From Ignisphaera sp. (GTDB lineage: Archaea; Thermoproteota; Thermoprotei_A; Sulfolobales; Ignisphaeraceae), in NCBI GenBank assembly GCA_038821645.1, contig JAWBDT010000001.1, positions 81,712 to 145,711 on the forward strand: 64,000 nucleotides of DNA, in the 5' to 3' direction. The notes below the pieces were generated by a model, which saw nothing but the letters and a program-made list of their open reading frames with translations, searched no databases and was not told the origin of the DNA. This document shows, piece after piece, positions 21,165 to 31,768 of the stretch. A program made the position numbers and the translations under genes. Positions within the stretch are counted from its first letter, which is position 1. Every line of letters begins with the position of its first letter.

Positions 21165-22143
21165 AGAGAAAGTGTTTATGGAGCTTCGCTGGGATCCTGT
21201 TCAAGGAGAATGGATAATGGTGTCAAATCTACGTGGTTATAGACCTTGGCAACCAGAAACCTACTGTCCTTTTTGTCCTGGAGCGCCAGAAACAGGATAT
21301 GGGTGGAGAGCACTAATATTAGAGAATAGATTTCCTATGCTAGTTCCAGAACCTCCAGAACCATCTAGACATAGTTTCTATGTAACAGCTAAATCAGTAG
21401 GCAGATGTTATGTTGTTGTAGAGTCACCTATTCATTCTCTTGATGATTTAAGTGATTTGCCACTAGATGATGTTGTTTATATTCTAGATCTTGTTATAGA
21501 GAAACAGAAAGAGATTGAGAAAGAGAGTTACGCTACCTATTTCATATGGTTTAGAAACAAAGGAAAGGAGATAGGCGTCTCATTAACACATCCACATAGC
21601 CAGATATATGTAACACCATTTATTCCTTCTAAAATAGAGAGAGAGTTAAAGAATGCTGAAGAGTATTGGCGTAAAAATAATGAATGTCTTTTCTGTAGGA
21701 TTCTAGAAGTTGAATCCTCTGATAAGATTAGAGTAGTATATAGTTCAGATTGCTGGATGGGTTTTATCCCATTTTATGCTCACTGGCCTTTCGAGGTACA
21801 TATCTATCCTAAAAGACATGTTCAACTTATTACACAATTAACAAATAATGAGGTAAAGGATTTGGCCAAAGTTCTTAAAGTTGTTCTATGTGGACTCAAG
21901 ATATTGTTTTCAAAACCATCACCATACATAATGGTACTACATCAAGCTCCTCTCAAAGGTAGCTATAGCTACTATCATCTTCATATAGAGATCTACGGTA
22001 TGTTTAGAGATGAAAACAAGATTAAGTATGCAGCAGGTATTGAAACTGGTGGAGGAAACTTTACATATGACTCTACTCCAGAAGATAATGCACTTAAACT
22101 TAAAGAGAAGATAGATAAATGTAGAGAAGAACTAATAAGTTAA
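21154..22143 (+). CDS. galT: Galactose-1-phosphate uridylyltransferase
   Basis: ELRWDP, CPFCPG, NRFP, GVSLTHPHSQ (HPH nucleophile); GGTGA SD. Confidence 0.93.
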   Translation: MRDREKVFMELRWDPVQGEWIMVSNLRGYRPWQPETYCPFCPGAPETGYGWRALILENRFPMLVPEPPEPSRHSFYVTAKSVGRCYVVVESPIHSLDDLSDLPLDDVVYILDLVIEKQKEIEKESYATYFIWFRNKGKEIGVSLTHPHSQIYVTPFIPSKIERELKNAEEYWRKNNECLFCRILEVESSDKIRVVYSSDCWMGFIPFYAHWPFEVHIYPKRHVQLITQLTNNEVKDLAKVLKVVLCGLKILFSKPSPYIMVLHQAPLKGSYSYYHLHIEIYGMFRDENKIKYAAGIETGGGNFTYDSTPEDNALKLKEKIDKCREELIS

Positions 22144-23114
22144 AGTTCTTTTAAAAGCTCTCTAACAGTCCTTCTCACAGCTTCAGTAGAAGTCATAGAT
22201 GGTGTCCAGCCCAATTCTCTTAACTTTGTTATATCTAGCAACATAAACTTTACATCGCCATACCATCCACGACCATCACAAGTAGAAGGTCTAAATATGT
22301 ACTCAACATTATTCAGACCCATTTCATCTACAACTATATCTGCTATTTCTTTTACGGTAATCCAGTCATGATTTCCAACATTATACACATGGTAACCTTT
22401 ATTTCGTGCACAAAGCTGGAGAAGTAGTAGTGATGCATTTACAGCATCTATTACATGTAAATAACTCTTTCTCTGTGTTCCATCACCTAGTATCTCAAGC
22501 TTCATGGGATCTCTTCTTAATTTGTTGATAAAGTCAACTATAACTCCATGTCTAGAACGTGAACCTATTATATTTGCGTATCTAGCTATAGCGATGCTGA
22601 AACCATATAGGCTGTGGTATGAATGGTAAAGAATTTCACATGCAGCTTTAGAAGCTCCATAAACAGATATAGGCGCATAGGGATGTGTTTCTGGTGTAGG
22701 TATGGTTCTAGCATCTCCATAGACTGTAGAGCTTGATGCAAAGAAATGTATATCTACATCGTTTATACGTGAAGCCTCTAGAACATTAAATGTTGCAACA
22801 ATATTCTCATTGAAATGTATCTTAGGCTCTATAGATGATATCCTAACCTCAGGGTTGGCAGCTAGATGTATAATAGCATCAGCATCTCGAAACTTGTTGA
22901 CCCATGAATTATCGAAATTCTTTAGATCTGCAACAACAAGTTCAACTTTTCCTGTATCTAGCTTATCCCTGATATTGTTTATAGATCCGCTACTCAAGTT
23001 ATCTATCACGATAATATGATCTGCTATACCTTTCTCAATCAGCAAATCGATAAAGTGGCTACCTATGAAACCTGCTCCACCTGTGACAACAATATTGCTA
23101 AACATATTGTTCAT
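22140..23114 (-). CDS. galE: NAD-dependent epimerase, probable UDP-glucose 4-epimerase
   Basis: TGGAGFIGSH, ASSSTVYG, YGASK; convergent with galT. Confidence 0.75.
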   Translation of the reverse strand: MNNMFSNIVVTGGAGFIGSHFIDLLIEKGIADHIIVIDNLSSGSINNIRDKLDTGKVELVVADLKNFDNSWVNKFRDADAIIHLAANPEVRISSIEPKIHFNENIVATFNVLEASRINDVDIHFFASSSTVYGDARTIPTPETHPYAPISVYGASKAACEILYHSYHSLYGFSIAIARYANIIGSRSRHGVIVDFINKLRRDPMKLEILGDGTQRKSYLHVIDAVNASLLLLQLCARNKGYHVYNVGNHDWITVKEIADIVVDEMGLNNVEYIFRPSTCDGRGWYGDVKFMLLDITKLRELGWTPSMTSTEAVRRTVRELLKEL

Positions 23115-23401
23115 ATTGCTATACCGATTCTAAGCTCTATTGGTGCTAGATTTAATATCTGTTTATTGTGTAATAAGTTGAACTAGTTGTTTGCTAAGTG
23201 GTATTGATGTAGAGGTAATGGACATAACTAAATTGATTGAGAACATCAGTACTTTATCGAAGTCAAAAGCTTTGATGAAGCCAATTCTTTTCAGAGTTTC
23301 TAGATAGAGAATAGTTACATCTACATTAATAATTCGTCATATAGTCTTCATGATGATCATTACTCAAAGATTCTTTATCATTCTCAAGATATGGACTGTG
23401 A

Positions 23402-23459
23402 TCAGACAAATGCCTTATCATCATTTATTTAGATTATCAGCTCCAGGGGTATTCTTCAT
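23402..23459 (-). ncRNA. Box C/D guide sRNA
   Basis: Minus strand: C ATGAAGA - 12 nt ATACCCCTGGAG - D' CTGA - 12 nt spacer - C' ATGATGA - 12 nt TAAGGCATTTGT - D CTGA. Confidence 0.75.
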
Positions 23460-23774
23460 ACAATCTAATGTCTATTCATCTTGATATTTAACTGCACCAA
23501 TATATCTTTTACCTCTCATCTAATCTACACTTGTTAAAGAAGTAAATATAGCTTATAGTTATGTAGGATCTAGGTAACAGCTCTATTATTCTATATCGAA
23601 GTAATAGATGTGTAGTTCTAGAATTCTATCTATGACTATTCCTCAGACAAAATCATTGCACACTAAGTTTACCTATTATTCAATATTCTATCGCTATACA
23701 AAATGATAAATATATCGAGAACTCTAGCAAGTATACTCTACATTATTTGAGCCTTGGTTATATCCATTAATGGG

Positions 23775-24215
23775 CTATATATCTACAACAAATGTTGCAT
23801 ACCACTTCTCTTTCTCTTTCCAGATCCTCATCTCATTATATGTTATAGCTTTCACAACTGTTCTAGGTTCATGTTTATTATGCTGAAACTCTTCACCATA
23901 GATATATCCCTCGATACATATCTGCTTCTCTTCTCCATTAATCTCATACATTTTATTTACGATAAACTTGCTGAAGACCATGTTTTTACTATCATGATGA
24001 TACAGCATTTCTTCAAGCCATCTATACAGAAGATTTTCTATATCAAATCCACAAATATTTATAGGTATAGCAACTTTTGGTTCAACTCTACTTGTATCAG
24101 TTATAATTTCAAAAACTGCTTTAGCAGCTTCTTCAAAAACTGCTTCAATACTTTCTCCCCAAACCTTTATAAGAACATCAGCTGTATGGTCTAAAAATTC
24201 AAATCCTCTATCCAT
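23775..24215 (-). CDS. Archease (tRNA ligase RtcB cofactor)
   Basis: FEFLDHTADV, VKAITYN, terminal VVDI. Confidence 0.93.
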   Translation of the reverse strand: MDRGFEFLDHTADVLIKVWGESIEAVFEEAAKAVFEIITDTSRVEPKVAIPINICGFDIENLLYRWLEEMLYHHDSKNMVFSKFIVNKMYEINGEEKQICIEGYIYGEEFQHNKHEPRTVVKAITYNEMRIWKEKEKWYATFVVDI

Positions 24216-24513
24216 AAGTTACACCAATGCTATACCTCATATACTAAAATCTTTTAAACTGATAAAATAATTCATTAACTAACATCTATATCTAGATAGA
24301 TCATAATCATTTTATTCAAGGTAGCAACAGAAATCAATGTCAGCTTGATCAGCTTTCTAGAGTAGTGTTTCTATTCAGAATTGCTATAATACCACTAAAG
24401 ATGTTCAGTAATACGTTGCTTGTGTTTGTTTAAGTTATTGATGAATGTATCTAGTGTTAGAATATGTGTTGATTCAGCTTAAGAAATATATTCTTGCTAA
24501 TTATGAGACTGCT

Positions 24514-25077
24514 ATGGGCTCTACTTTGAGTATACAGGATATTGTTAATAAGGTTATAGAGTATCTGAAGTGGCATCCTAATGCAAAACCTTCTGAAATA
24601 GCTGAATACCTTGGTGTTAATCTAAGAACCGTTAGAACTATTTTAACTAAGCTGAGGGTTAGAGGAATTGTTGTTAGGACAGATAAAGGTTATACACTAA
24701 AGGCCAGTTTTTACACAGATTCTCGAAATGTGCGAAGTAGTTCTGTAGAAGGATCTAGTAAACAAAGCTCTATTGATAGAGAGTTTATGGAACATGGATT
24801 AAATGTACCAGATATCGAGAATATTTTCGAGAAAATTAGAGAACTGGATAGCAAGATTAATAATATAGAGAACATTGTTAAAGAGCTTAAAAATACAGTA
24901 CTAGAGATTGGTAACAAATCTATTAAAAGAAGTAATTGTGAAGCTCTCTATGAAGCTATAGAGCTTCTAAGAATGGGTCTAGAGGCTATAAGATTGGGAG
25001 ATCAACGCTCATTAGATAATGTGCTTACAGAATTAGAGAGTGTTGTAGAAGATTTGCGTAGATGTATATTGAGTTAA
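24514..25077 (+). CDS. Winged-HTH protein with C-terminal coiled coil (putative regulator)
   Basis: PSEIAEYLGVNLRTVRTILTKLRVRGIV; heptads downstream; start ATG 24514 inferred. Confidence 0.7.
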   Translation: MGSTLSIQDIVNKVIEYLKWHPNAKPSEIAEYLGVNLRTVRTILTKLRVRGIVVRTDKGYTLKASFYTDSRNVRSSSVEGSSKQSSIDREFMEHGLNVPDIENIFEKIRELDSKINNIENIVKELKNTVLEIGNKSIKRSNCEALYEAIELLRMGLEAIRLGDQRSLDNVLTELESVVEDLRRCILS

Positions 25078-25211
25078 TAATGTAGTGAATCATCTGTTGA
25101 ATTAGATACAGATAACTAACTGTATCCATGTATGGAACTTGAGGTAATGTTTATAAGCTTCTAAATTTATGCATATATGTGCATAAAAAATTCAGCTAGA
25201 GTGAAGCAAGG

Positions 25212-25733
25212 ATGCAGCAGGTACGTGAAGAAAATATGAAAAAAGCGGCTGTTTGGGAAGAAGCATTACTTCAAGAGTTCATATACGCTATAGGTCATAT
25301 AAATCATGTAGAACAACACTTGATAGAAATCGATTCATCTACAGGTTTACCTATCTTTGGAGATATTATAGACATGTTTAGAGAGCAGAGAAAACTTGTT
25401 GGTCAGATAATGTTTCTTATAGAAAGGATTGAGGCAACTAAAAGTGACTCTGATATAAGATCCTCGTGGGAAAACATATGGTGTGCACTAAAACATGCTA
25501 CTTCAGCTCTTATCCATATAGATGAATGTATAGAAAAATTGTTGAAAAAAGCTAGAGAAAGCGGTAATACTGTAATGCTGGAATGTGTTAAAACTCTTTT
25601 AAACATCAGGAGCAATATATTGAGGAACATAATTAACGTTATTAGGAGAGGGAAAGAAGCTTCATCAGCACTAGCTGAAGCAAGTGTTAGATGTAGAGAA
25701 GATTTGTGTATTGAAGAGGTTGAAAAGAGATGA
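25212..25733 (+). CDS. Hypothetical helical protein with His/Cys cluster
   Basis: 173-aa ORF; HINHVEQH, WCALKH..H, CREDLC. Confidence 0.65.
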   Translation: MQQVREENMKKAAVWEEALLQEFIYAIGHINHVEQHLIEIDSSTGLPIFGDIIDMFREQRKLVGQIMFLIERIEATKSDSDIRSSWENIWCALKHATSALIHIDECIEKLLKKARESGNTVMLECVKTLLNIRSNILRNIINVIRRGKEASSALAEASVRCREDLCIEEVEKR

Positions 25734-26008
25734 AGTCTTCAGGATACGTATTGCTTAAAGTTGTTGAAGATACACCTAAAAATATTAAGACAAGGATATA
25801 CAAGGTTATGAATGGAACAACAATTTCTATAAATAATAAGAGATATAGATCTAAAGGACTCATAAAGGACATTGATGGAGTAGCTCTATCAGGATCTCTC
25901 TACTTAATACCGGTAAACAGTATTGCAACAGTAATTGATATACTTTCTCGAAAGGGTTTAGCAGATTTTATCCAGATAATCAATCTATGTAAATGTTTAT
26001 GTGAATAA
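25730..26008 (+). CDS. Small hypothetical protein, possibly ferredoxin-like (Cas2/VapD-like) fold
   Basis: ATGA overlap with the previous gene; apparent beta-alpha-beta pattern. Confidence 0.55.
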   Translation: MKSSGYVLLKVVEDTPKNIKTRIYKVMNGTTISINNKRYRSKGLIKDIDGVALSGSLYLIPVNSIATVIDILSRKGLADFIQIINLCKCLCE

Positions 26009-26047
26009 CAAGATCCTCTAGTTTGGATAACTAAATTTTAGTAAGAA

Positions 26048-27214
26048 TTATATGTTTAGAGCTTGAGATAAGTCTTCTATTATATCATCAACATCTTCTA
26101 GCCCTACAGAAAGTCTGACAAGATTCTCAGTAATCCCAAGCTTGACTTTATGTTCCGGCTCTATAAACATAGCTCCAGCTTTAACAGGTAGAACAGCCAT
26201 ACTCTCTGTTCCTCCCAAACTTGGACATCTCTTAACCAGCTTCAGCCTCTTTAAGAAGTTCACGACATCTTGATAACCACCCTTTATCTTGAAACTAACT
26301 ACACCTCCAAATAGAGGTTTCTCAAATAGTTTCTTAGCAATTCCATGGTATGGATCTTTTTGTAGACCTGGATACATAACTTCCTCGATTCTACTATGCT
26401 CAGCTAGGTATTCAGCAACAGCTTTAGCATTTTTGCTGTGTTTCTCAAATCTTATCTCTAGCGTCTTGATTCCTCTTAAAATCATGTATGCTTCAAATGG
26501 CTGTAGAATTCCTCCAAACATTCTTCTCCATTCCCAGAGAATCTTTGTATCTGTTAATAATCCTGCAACAACTCCTCCTACAGCATCGTTGTGTCCCCCA
26601 AAGTACTTAGTCATACTATGTATCACAAGTTTAGCGCCATACCTAACTGGCTTAAGTAGTATAGGTGTTGTAAACGTGTTATCAACTATAAGTACAGTCT
26701 TTTCAATATCTATGCTCTTGTAGATATAGTCGATATCTATAACCTTGTTCGTAGGATTGGTCATAACCTCTAAGAATATTATAGAAGTATCTCTATCTAC
26801 TGCTTCAATAATCGATTCTGCTGAAGGCCATACCTTAGATAACTTTATATTGAGTTTAGGAGCAATATTATTGAGTAGTGCAAGAGTTGAGCTATAGAGC
26901 TCCATAGGGACAATAACTCTATCTCCAGGTTTCAGTCTCCATATGAATGTTGTAGATATTGCAGCCATACCGCTATTGAATGCAAGTGCGTCTTCGGTAT
27001 TCTCTAGCTTGGCAACTATTCTCTCTAATGCTCTTGTTGTTGGGTTTTCTTCTCTTCCATACCTAAGGTAGTTACCTCTATCAGTAAATACAGCCTCCTT
27101 CAACTCATAATCTATGTATTCATATACTACACCAAGATATATAGGCGGTATATGTGATCCATAGTTATCTTTATGTTCATGTCCATGAATAGCAGTTGTA
27201 GAGGGTTTGGCCAA
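26048..27214 (-). CDS. Cystathionine gamma-synthase/lyase family PLP enzyme
   Basis: YGREENPT, FNSGMAA, VDNTF, HSMTKYFGGH, SLGGTES, RLSVGLE; TTG start with GGTGA SD. Confidence 0.92.
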   Translation of the reverse strand: MAKPSTTAIHGHEHKDNYGSHIPPIYLGVVYEYIDYELKEAVFTDRGNYLRYGREENPTTRALERIVAKLENTEDALAFNSGMAAISTTFIWRLKPGDRVIVPMELYSSTLALLNNIAPKLNIKLSKVWPSAESIIEAVDRDTSIIFLEVMTNPTNKVIDIDYIYKSIDIEKTVLIVDNTFTTPILLKPVRYGAKLVIHSMTKYFGGHNDAVGGVVAGLLTDTKILWEWRRMFGGILQPFEAYMILRGIKTLEIRFEKHSKNAKAVAEYLAEHSRIEEVMYPGLQKDPYHGIAKKLFEKPLFGGVVSFKIKGGYQDVVNFLKRLKLVKRCPSLGGTESMAVLPVKAGAMFIEPEHKVKLGITENLVRLSVGLEDVDDIIEDLSQALNI

Positions 27215-27479
27215 AGCCTAGTTCACCAGTTTAAGCTAAATCATTGAAAAGCTTTTAAACTTTGTTAAAGAGAACAGTGATACAGTTAAAATGGTAATAA
27301 TACATATATCAGAATAAAGATTTGATAGAAACTTATCATCTATTTAATGAATCTATACATTGTTTAATAATTGAATTCCTATATTATTTCTTTACCATCC
27401 TCTATAGATTAAATCCTTATGTGGATGTCTTCCTCAAATAATTTAAAATATGATATCTATTATCGAGATGTGTTAAAGT

Positions 27480-27786
27480 CAAGAAACATGTAACGCTATC
27501 TAGAAACAATATTTGAACTACTAAAAGGAAAGATATACAGAATGTTTATGGAATCCAATCTAAGAATTGATAGAAGATTTTAAGAAACTATATGCTTATC
27601 AAAGGTATATCAATCACAACACTATATATCCATGGATCTAAAGAAAAGGTGTTTAATGAAGTATACAAGCTACTTAATGATATTAAAGAACCTAGGACAT
27701 TCATGTTTATGGATGCTGAAGCATCTGTAATTTATGGCACAGAGATAGAGAATATTTTTGTAGCTACAGAAGTTGCAAAAATGTAG
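27480..27786 (+). pseudogene. Decayed C-terminal part of a uroporphyrinogen-decarboxylase-family gene
   Basis: Fragments RYLETIFELLKGK and LYIHGSKEKVFNEVYKLLNDIKEPRTFMF..ENI in different frames with stops. Confidence 0.45.
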
Positions 27787-28320
27787 CAAGTATAAGTGAT
27801 TTCTAAATACGCATTTTTAAATAATTATTATTTCTATTCTACTGAAATTAGGTAAAAGGATTTAATATACGTAGTACTCATCATAAAATGTAGTAATTTC
27901 ATTTACTCCTCTCTATTGATTGTAGAGACTGTGACAATAATCACATTCTAGAAATACATACTGCTCCATCATATATATATAGAAAGTTTATGTAATGCTT
28001 TAAAATTTTTGTATGAATCACCAAAAATATTGTTTCTTATTTGTACGTGAGTAACTATCTAGAGGTATAGGGGTAGTAGATAGATGAATGTATATTTAGT
28101 AATTAAGATAATTTAGAAAATAATATATGAATACCATTATTGATTAGCACACTTTTACAGTTCTTATAGCCACAAAATACTCTCTATCTTTGCATCCAGA
28201 AGTGTATCATAAACAAATAATTCTACCATATCTAGAAATTAATTATAAGTATTGAATGCTTTAATGATGATAGAGCTTTAGTTTAAATAGCTCCATATTA
28301 ATCATTAACATCTACATATA

Positions 28321-29283
28321 CTACACTATTTTACCAGACACATAATCCCAAGATGTTTTCTTAAGCGGTAGACCTCTTATTGATAATGTTTTAGTATTTA
28401 TAGCTATGCCTATTACATATGGTTTAAATCCTATGCTCCTCATAAGCTCTAAGACTTCATCCATATACATTCTGTTAACCACTAAAATAGGTGTATATTC
28501 TTCGTTAGATCTCATAATGATATCTATCTTTTCTAGGTTCTCACTATATGCATAATTTAAGGCTATTGGATGTAGAAGTTCATGGGGATCAAAATCTATG
28601 TATATACCTACGTTATTTAGTTTGGATAGAATCTCTATAGTTTCATAGAGAGTATCGCTTATATCTATTGATCCTGTTAAGCCTATTCTTGCTCTCTCTA
28701 TACAGTCAACTATTTTTGGATCTATGGAAGGTCTACAAGAAAACTTCCTAACGTCCTCATCTATGGGTACCCTATTCCTTGTATACTCTATGTAGGCTAT
28801 ATATGATAATCCTATGGGTCTAGGGATAATAAGCATATCTCCAGATCTAGTTCTTCTCTGCAAAGGAAGATATCTACATGTAGCTAAAATGAATACATCT
28901 ATCCATATGTCGTTGCCTACATTAGTATCTACATTCTCTATGAAACCACCATAGACATTAACAGCATCATTAACCCCCTTAACCATCTCCTCGACAGCAT
29001 CAACATTATCCGATCTGACACCTATAGAAACAGCATACACATAAGGTCTACAACCTTTAGAAAAAACATCACTTACAGCTGCAGTAACAGCTTTAAATCC
29101 AAGATCGCGATAACTACACCAAGGATATCTAGCTCTTGATTCAGCAAAACCATCAACCTTTAAAACAAAATATTCATCATTAATCTTAAAACCACCAGCA
29201 TCATCTAACCACATCAATAACGAAGCTGGATGCCTCCTTATCTCTCTAGCCAACCTCATAACATATTCGTTTAAATTCGTCAT
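28321..29283 (-). CDS. thiL: Thiamine-monophosphate kinase (AIR synthase-like fold)
   Basis: DDAG, KVDG, GFKAVTAAVSD, DTN, SIDISD, EEY. Confidence 0.8.
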   Translation of the reverse strand: MTNLNEYVMRLAREIRRHPASLLMWLDDAGGFKINDEYFVLKVDGFAESRARYPWCSYRDLGFKAVTAAVSDVFSKGCRPYVYAVSIGVRSDNVDAVEEMVKGVNDAVNVYGGFIENVDTNVGNDIWIDVFILATCRYLPLQRRTRSGDMLIIPRPIGLSYIAYIEYTRNRVPIDEDVRKFSCRPSIDPKIVDCIERARIGLTGSIDISDTLYETIEILSKLNNVGIYIDFDPHELLHPIALNYAYSENLEKIDIIMRSNEEYTPILVVNRMYMDEVLELMRSIGFKPYVIGIAINTKTLSIRGLPLKKTSWDYVSGKIV

Positions 29284-30880
29284 ATATTTTTAAACCTCTA
29301 GGTATTGAGTTACTGGATAAATATTAAATGATTTACTTGTTTTAGATCCTAGATAGAATAATACTGTCAGTAAGGAACTCTCTACACACTCTTTGAATCT
29401 CCTGAAGTATGTTTCACATATTTAGTAATAGAATATTGGAATAATATTTGGAAATTTATGTTAATGTAGATAATTCATATGGAGAATAAAACTCGAGTCT
29501 TATTTAGTAACAATTGTTAAGTTCATTGATCATGAATCATGCAAAACTATTGTATTAGAGAGTTTCTATATACCTCTTTAAGCTATTTGGTTTTGAATTA
29601 GTTTCTATAATTGGATAGAATGGTGTATAAATATGAGAGAACTATAAATGATTCTACCATAGTTATATATGTCATGTAATTGAATGAGAAAACAAGTTTA
29701 TTACATAATCTATTGTTTATAATATCTTCATTCTTCCTCGAATCTCATCAGTTCATCATTTGGTTTATCTCATACCCATATCTTGATTTCTATGTCTAAC
29801 AGCTATATGGCTTATGACTGTTGTTGTAACTAGCACTACTACTATATGAATTCTATATAGAATGCTATTATTAAGAAACACCTACTTGTTATCAGATGTC
29901 ACGAATTCTTCATGATCTGTAACATAGATGTATATAATCAAATATCAAGAGACTTATTAGAAGTAGGGTAAGAGCCTGAAGTATTTGTTGAATTATGTAG
30001 ATCTATCGACATTATATTTAGGTCATCTATTACATATAGCTACCTAGCGTTTAGTGTTGTTTGATCTATATCCACTTAACTTTGGTTGCTGGTTTAGACC
30101 TCTTCACATTATCAGTATAATCTTCATCTACATGAGCTTCGTATTCATTTAGTCTACTGTCTATCTATTACTAGAACATATGCTTCATGTCCAATCCCTA
30201 ATAATCTATTGATCTACTATCTAAACATATTTTGCATTCTTATGTCGTTATATGTATTACCATAGTATTTGATCTATTTCTGGAAACTTTAACGAGAATC
30301 TTACTAATATCAAATTGATGTAAGTTATCGTCTAGAAATATTTAAAGCAGAAGGAAATACAAAATAGAGATGGATTCTACTACTAATCATATATAGATTG
30401 TAAGTATTGATAGAGGATCATATGAGAAATGCTTATGTATAGTATGTTGATTCCAGATAAAAGATCTTAGCCTAATTAAGCAAATTGATAGAAGAACCTC
30501 ATGGTCAAATACTAATAGTTTGTTTCGATAAACAGTGTTATACATATGTTGGAGAAATTATATGTTATTGTGAAGATAAGTAAAGATGATAATGTCATAA
30601 AATGGCGATATAGAGATACATTAATACATCTTTTGTAAAACTTGTGTATAGGGAGATATTATCTCTATGATCGATAATGTTCTGGTTGTAGGAATAAACC
30701 AAAGAAAATAGCGGTAAAAACATTAGATAAATGAGAGCTATAGATGGTAGTTTAAACAAATAAAATAGACTTTATTCACCTATTAGACACATAAAGATAG
30801 TGTATAAGATAATAACTAATACATGTAGTGTAGATCGATACAGAAGGTATGTAACTACTCTATTAATAGCTAGTGAATGA

Positions 30881-31768
30881 TTATTTTCGTCGAAGAGATA
30901 AAGCTAGAATTGTTATAAATACTATCAATGGAATGATCAAGGGCTCAGGTATTGGTACTGGAAGCATTTTGTCAAACGGATAAAAATCAATATTGTTGTT
31001 ATCCAATATTTTGCAGAGACCATCATCATCACCTTTGGCTCTACAATCATCAGGATTGCTTAGTGATTGCCAGAAGTTTCCTACATTTCGATCTCCTATT
31101 TGACAACTCCAGGTAGCCACAATATAATCGAAACTAATGGATACATCATTTAAGTTGTTGAAGAAATTGTTTAAGCATAGTGTGACACTACTATGGTTTA
31201 TTTTAATACCGATTCTGTTGTTATTAATATTGTTATTAAATATTCGCACATTCCCAATACCTGGACCGATAGATATACCAACATCATTATTCTCTAGAGA
31301 ACAATATCTAATATCAATATTACTTGCTTGATCTATGTATATACCAGTATTGAAATTTTTTACAGTAATATTCCCAATAACAATGTTACTTGCAGACTTA
31401 ATACTTATACTATGATTTCTATAGTTATTTCCATTAATTACATGGTTCTGTCCATCGAATATGATACCACTACCTGTTATCGATATTGCTATATTATCTA
31501 GGTTTTTAAGGAGTTTATATATCGAATAGTTTTGTCCACCAATATTTATGCAACTACAGCTGATGTACTCTCCATTAACTGGTTCTGAAGGACACCAAAC
31601 CCATCCATATTCTTTTTCACCTTCATAGAAGTGACAATTACCACTTCCACCATCTATCCGTATAGAGATTAGCTGATTTTGAGTGTATATAGGTATTGCT
31701 ATAATTGTTACCATGAATAATAGCATTAGTGTAACTGTGTAGCCTATTACTGTTTTTCTTAAAATCAT
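30881..31768 (-). CDS. Secreted NosD/CASH right-handed beta-helix surface protein with C-terminal sorting/anchor signal
   Basis: Signal peptide; N/GI-rich repeats, GNFW, DFYP; C-terminal VPIPEP + TM + RRK. Confidence 0.8.
   Translation of the reverse strand: MILRKTVIGYTVTLMLLFMVTIIAIPIYTQNQLISIRIDGGSGNCHFYEGEKEYGWVWCPSEPVNGEYISCSCINIGGQNYSIYKLLKNLDNIAISITGSGIIFDGQNHVINGNNYRNHSISIKSASNIVIGNITVKNFNTGIYIDQASNIDIRYCSLENNDVGISIGPGIGNVRIFNNNINNNRIGIKINHSSVTLCLNNFFNNLNDVSISFDYIVATWSCQIGDRNVGNFWQSLSNPDDCRAKGDDDGLCKILDNNNIDFYPFDKMLPVPIPEPLIIPLIVFITILALSLRRK

Noticed and set aside
25104-25127. GATACAG/CTGTATC inverted repeat after the wHTH gene
   Set aside because: A 7-bp stem without a T-tract could be chance
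28264-28320. ATGATGA box C motif
   Set aside because: No downstream CTGA at a suitable distance
29892-29941. Second C/D-like candidate on the minus strand (ATGAAGA-ATTCGTGACAT-CTGA)
   Set aside because: Only one good box pair; the putative C box is degenerate and the other guide is very AT-rich
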